Source: Tricharina praecox
Lineage: Eukaryota
Direction: 5' to 3'
Length of the DNA: 64,000 nucleotides
Assembly (NCBI RefSeq): GCF_024521635.1
Contig: NW_026250435.1
Span: 124,001 to 188,000 of the forward strand
The notes under the pieces were generated by a model, which saw only the letters and a list, made by a program, of their open reading frames with translations, did not search any database and had not been told where the DNA came from. Positions 61,101 through 64,000 of the stretch are shown in pieces (the stretch's first letter is position 1; the number at the start of each line of letters is the position of its first letter). The position numbers were made by a program, and so were the translations under genes.

Positions 61101-64000
61101 TCGTCCGTGATTACTGGAATCCTAATTCCACCCTCCAAGGAACAATCCTGAATCTGATAGAATCGATCGCGCATTCCTTGGAGGGCGAGTTTAAGGTACA
61201 CTTGGCGCAACTACTCCCTCTAATGCTTTCGGTATTGGAGTCGACGAGTCCTTCGGCACCGGCGATATCGGAGAAGGTCCTGCATGCATTCGTCGTGTTT
61301 GGATCGAGTAGCGAGGAGTACATGCACCTCATCATACCAGTGATCGTTCGATTGATTGAGAAGCCTGGACAACGAGTTACCACCCGTAAGGCCGCCATGG
61401 AGACGATCGCCCGACTGTCTCGGAAGGTCAACATCTCCGACCATGCCTCTCGAATTATCCACCCTCTCTCCCGTGTTCTGATCACTTCCACGCCTGAGCT
61501 TCGGGTGGCTGCGCTCGACACACTCTGTGCTCTCGTCTTCCAGTTGGGACACGACTACAATCACTTCATTCCCATGATCAACAAGATTTTGCAGGTGAAC
61601 AAGATTCAGCACACGAATTACGAGCTGCTTGTTAGCAAGTTATTGAAGGGAGAGCCACTTCCGCAGGATCTGAGCCCAGACGAGAAGTTTGCCGACAAGC
61701 CGGACGAGGTGTCATTTGCCGATTTCGGGCCCAAGAAGCTGCCGGTTAATCAACAACATCTCAAGACCGCATGGGAGGCGTCGCAACGATCGACCAAAGA
61801 GGATTGGCAAGAGTGGATCAGGAGATTCAGTGTCGAGCTGTTGAAGCAGAGTCCATCTCACGCACTGCGGGCATGTGCCGGTCTTGCCGGTGCCTACTAC
61901 CCCTTGGCGAGAGACCTTTTCAATGCAGCCTTCGTCTCTTGTTGGACAGAGTTGTATGACCAATTCCAGGAAGAACTTGTGAGGTCGATAGAAACGGCCC
62001 TCATTTCGCCTAACATTCCTCCCGAGATTTTACAGATCTTGTTGAACCTGGCGGAATTCATGGAGCATGACGACAAAGCGCTACCGATTGACATTAGGAC
62101 GTTGGGGGTATACGCTGCTAAGTGCCATGCGTACGCCAAGGCTCTCCATTACAAAGAATTGGAATTCTTACAGGAACCGCAGCCCAGCACCATCGAGGCT
62201 CTTATTAGTATCAATAACCTCTTGCAGCAATCGGATGCCGCCATCGGTATTCTGCGTCGGGCGCAAGTTTACAGTGATGTACCTTTGCGGGAGTCGTGGT
62301 TCGAGAAGTTGCAACGTTGGGAGGAGGCGTTGAAGGCGTACCAAGAGAAGGAAGTGACGGAACAAAACTCGATTGAAATTACGATGGGAAAGATGCGCTG
62401 TCTGCACGCCTTGGGAGAATGGGACCACCTATCGTCTCTGGCGCAAGAGAAATGGAGGACCGCCAACCGGGAAGTGCAGCGACATATTGCCCCCTTGGCT
62501 GCTGCTGCTGCATGGGGTCTCGGTCAGTGGAGTCTGATGGACGAATACATCGGCGTCATGAAGGAGCACTCGCCTGACCGCAGTTTCTTCGGTGCTATTC
62601 TGGCGCTGCACAGAAATCATTTCGAGGAGGCGGCAAAGCACATCGAGAAAGCACGAGAGGGCCTCGACACGGAGCTTAGTGCACTCGTCGGGGAGAGTTA
62701 CAACCGTGCCTACAGCGTCATCGTCCGTGTTCAGATGTTGGCCGAGCTCGAGGAGATTATCACGTATAAGCAATGCCACGATCAACCCGAGAAGCAGGAG
62801 GTCATGCGGAGGACTTGGACCAAACGTCTGAAGGGATGTCAGCGCAACGTCGAAGTCTGGCAGCGAATGTTGAAGGTCCGGGCTCTAGTCATATCACCGG
62901 TGGAGAACATGGACATGTGGATCAAGTTCTCAAATCTGTGCCGGAAATCCGGGAGAATTGGATTGGCCGAGAAATCACTGAATTCACTCCTTCCACTGAA
63001 CCAGACCATCGACAATGTTGGTACCGCTACAGTACCCCCTCAGGTAACGTATGCACGGTTGAAGTTTATGTGGTCTACCGGATCGCAACAAGCCGCCATC
63101 AATCACCTATTGGACTTCACCGAGTCGCTGTCGAATGACCTCCGGATGAACATGGCCCAGCACGGCGGTATCCCACAACCATCTCAGATTCCGCATCACG
63201 TCATCGAGAATACGCGATTGCTGTCACGATGCTACCTCAAGCAAGGTGCGTGGCAAGTTTCGCTACATAAGAATTGGCAGACCGAACCAGCAACTGCCTC
63301 GAAGATTCTCGATTCGTACAAACAGGCGACACAGTATCATAAGGACTGGTACAAAGCGTGGCATGCTTGGGCTTTGGCCAACTTTGAGGTTGTTACGGCA
63401 GCTGCTGGAAGCGAACCAAGCGATGTTCCACTGGCTGTTATCCGGGAACACGTCATTCCGGCTGTTCAGGGATTCTTCAAGTCCATTGCACTATCTTCCG
63501 GAAGCTCTCTGCAGGACACGCTTCGACTTCTAACGTTGTGGTTTACTCATGGTGGAAATGCGGAGGTCAACACGCGAGTCACGGAAGGCTTCAATACCAT
63601 CAGCGTTGACACCTGGCTCGAGGTTATTCCCCAACTTATCGCCAGAATCAACCAACCCGACCCGATTGTCCGCCAAACTATTCACCAACTGTTGTCAGAT
63701 GTCGGACGGGCGCATCCGCAGGCGCTGGTGTACCCACTTACCGTTGCGGCTAAATCTCAGCTGTCGAGGCGCAAGACTTCCGCGATGCAAATAATGGATA
63801 GCATGAAGAGTCATTCGTCGAGACTTGTGGACCAGGCCGAGATTGTCAGTCAGGAGCTGATTCGGGTTGCTGTTTTGTGGCACGAGCTGTGGCATGAGGG
63901 TCTGGAAGAGGCGAGTCGACTGTACTTTGGAGACCACAATCCGGACATGATGTTCAAGACGCTGGAGCCGTTGCATGAGATGTTGGAGAGGGTAAATTCA
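58123..64000 (+). CDS. TOR: TOR serine/threonine kinase (HEAT, FAT and start of FRB; 3'-truncated by window)
   Basis: [101 protein letters not shown]. Four 5' introns and a donor at ~63992. Confidence 0.97.

Noticed and set aside
63870..63935. Possible rapamycin-resistant TOR allele
   Set aside because: The FRB serine in EEASRLYF is the canonical sensitive residue.

Overview
Gene-dense, GC-rich eukaryotic DNA from a filamentous ascomycete, with short GT-AG introns and CTRAC/CTAAT-type branch points. A Pezizomycete origin is an inference only. Protein genes in order: acid trehalase (5'-truncated), an SDR oxidoreductase, the mitochondrial tRNA-modification GTPase MSS1/MnmE, a small single-pass membrane protein, a sedolisin/tripeptidyl peptidase, an intronless bacterial-like ATP-grasp enzyme, the SFH5 CRAL-TRIO protein, a DUF676 lipase, an OPT transporter, TOF1/Timeless, an RD-repeat RRM-like protein, an orphan ORF, an S28 peptidase, a nucleoside hydrolase, GatA/HER2, a hotdog thioesterase, a GRE2-like reductase and TOR kinase (3'-truncated). 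There are also two decayed genes and one intron-containing tRNA-Glu(CTC). The most notable region is invisible in the ORF track: a tandem array of three diverged U2 snRNA genes (minus strand, ~14.4-17.85 kb), each with its own TATA promoter. Their cores are invariant, but their 5' ends (the U2/U6 helix II strand) differ from the usual ascomycete UCUCUUUG, which predicts a co-evolved U6 partner. Other leads are a densely base-paired non-coding segment at ~19.34-19.66 kb and a possible spliced uORF or stop-codon-edited extension of the OPT gene. All family calls are by motif recognition; no database searches were run.
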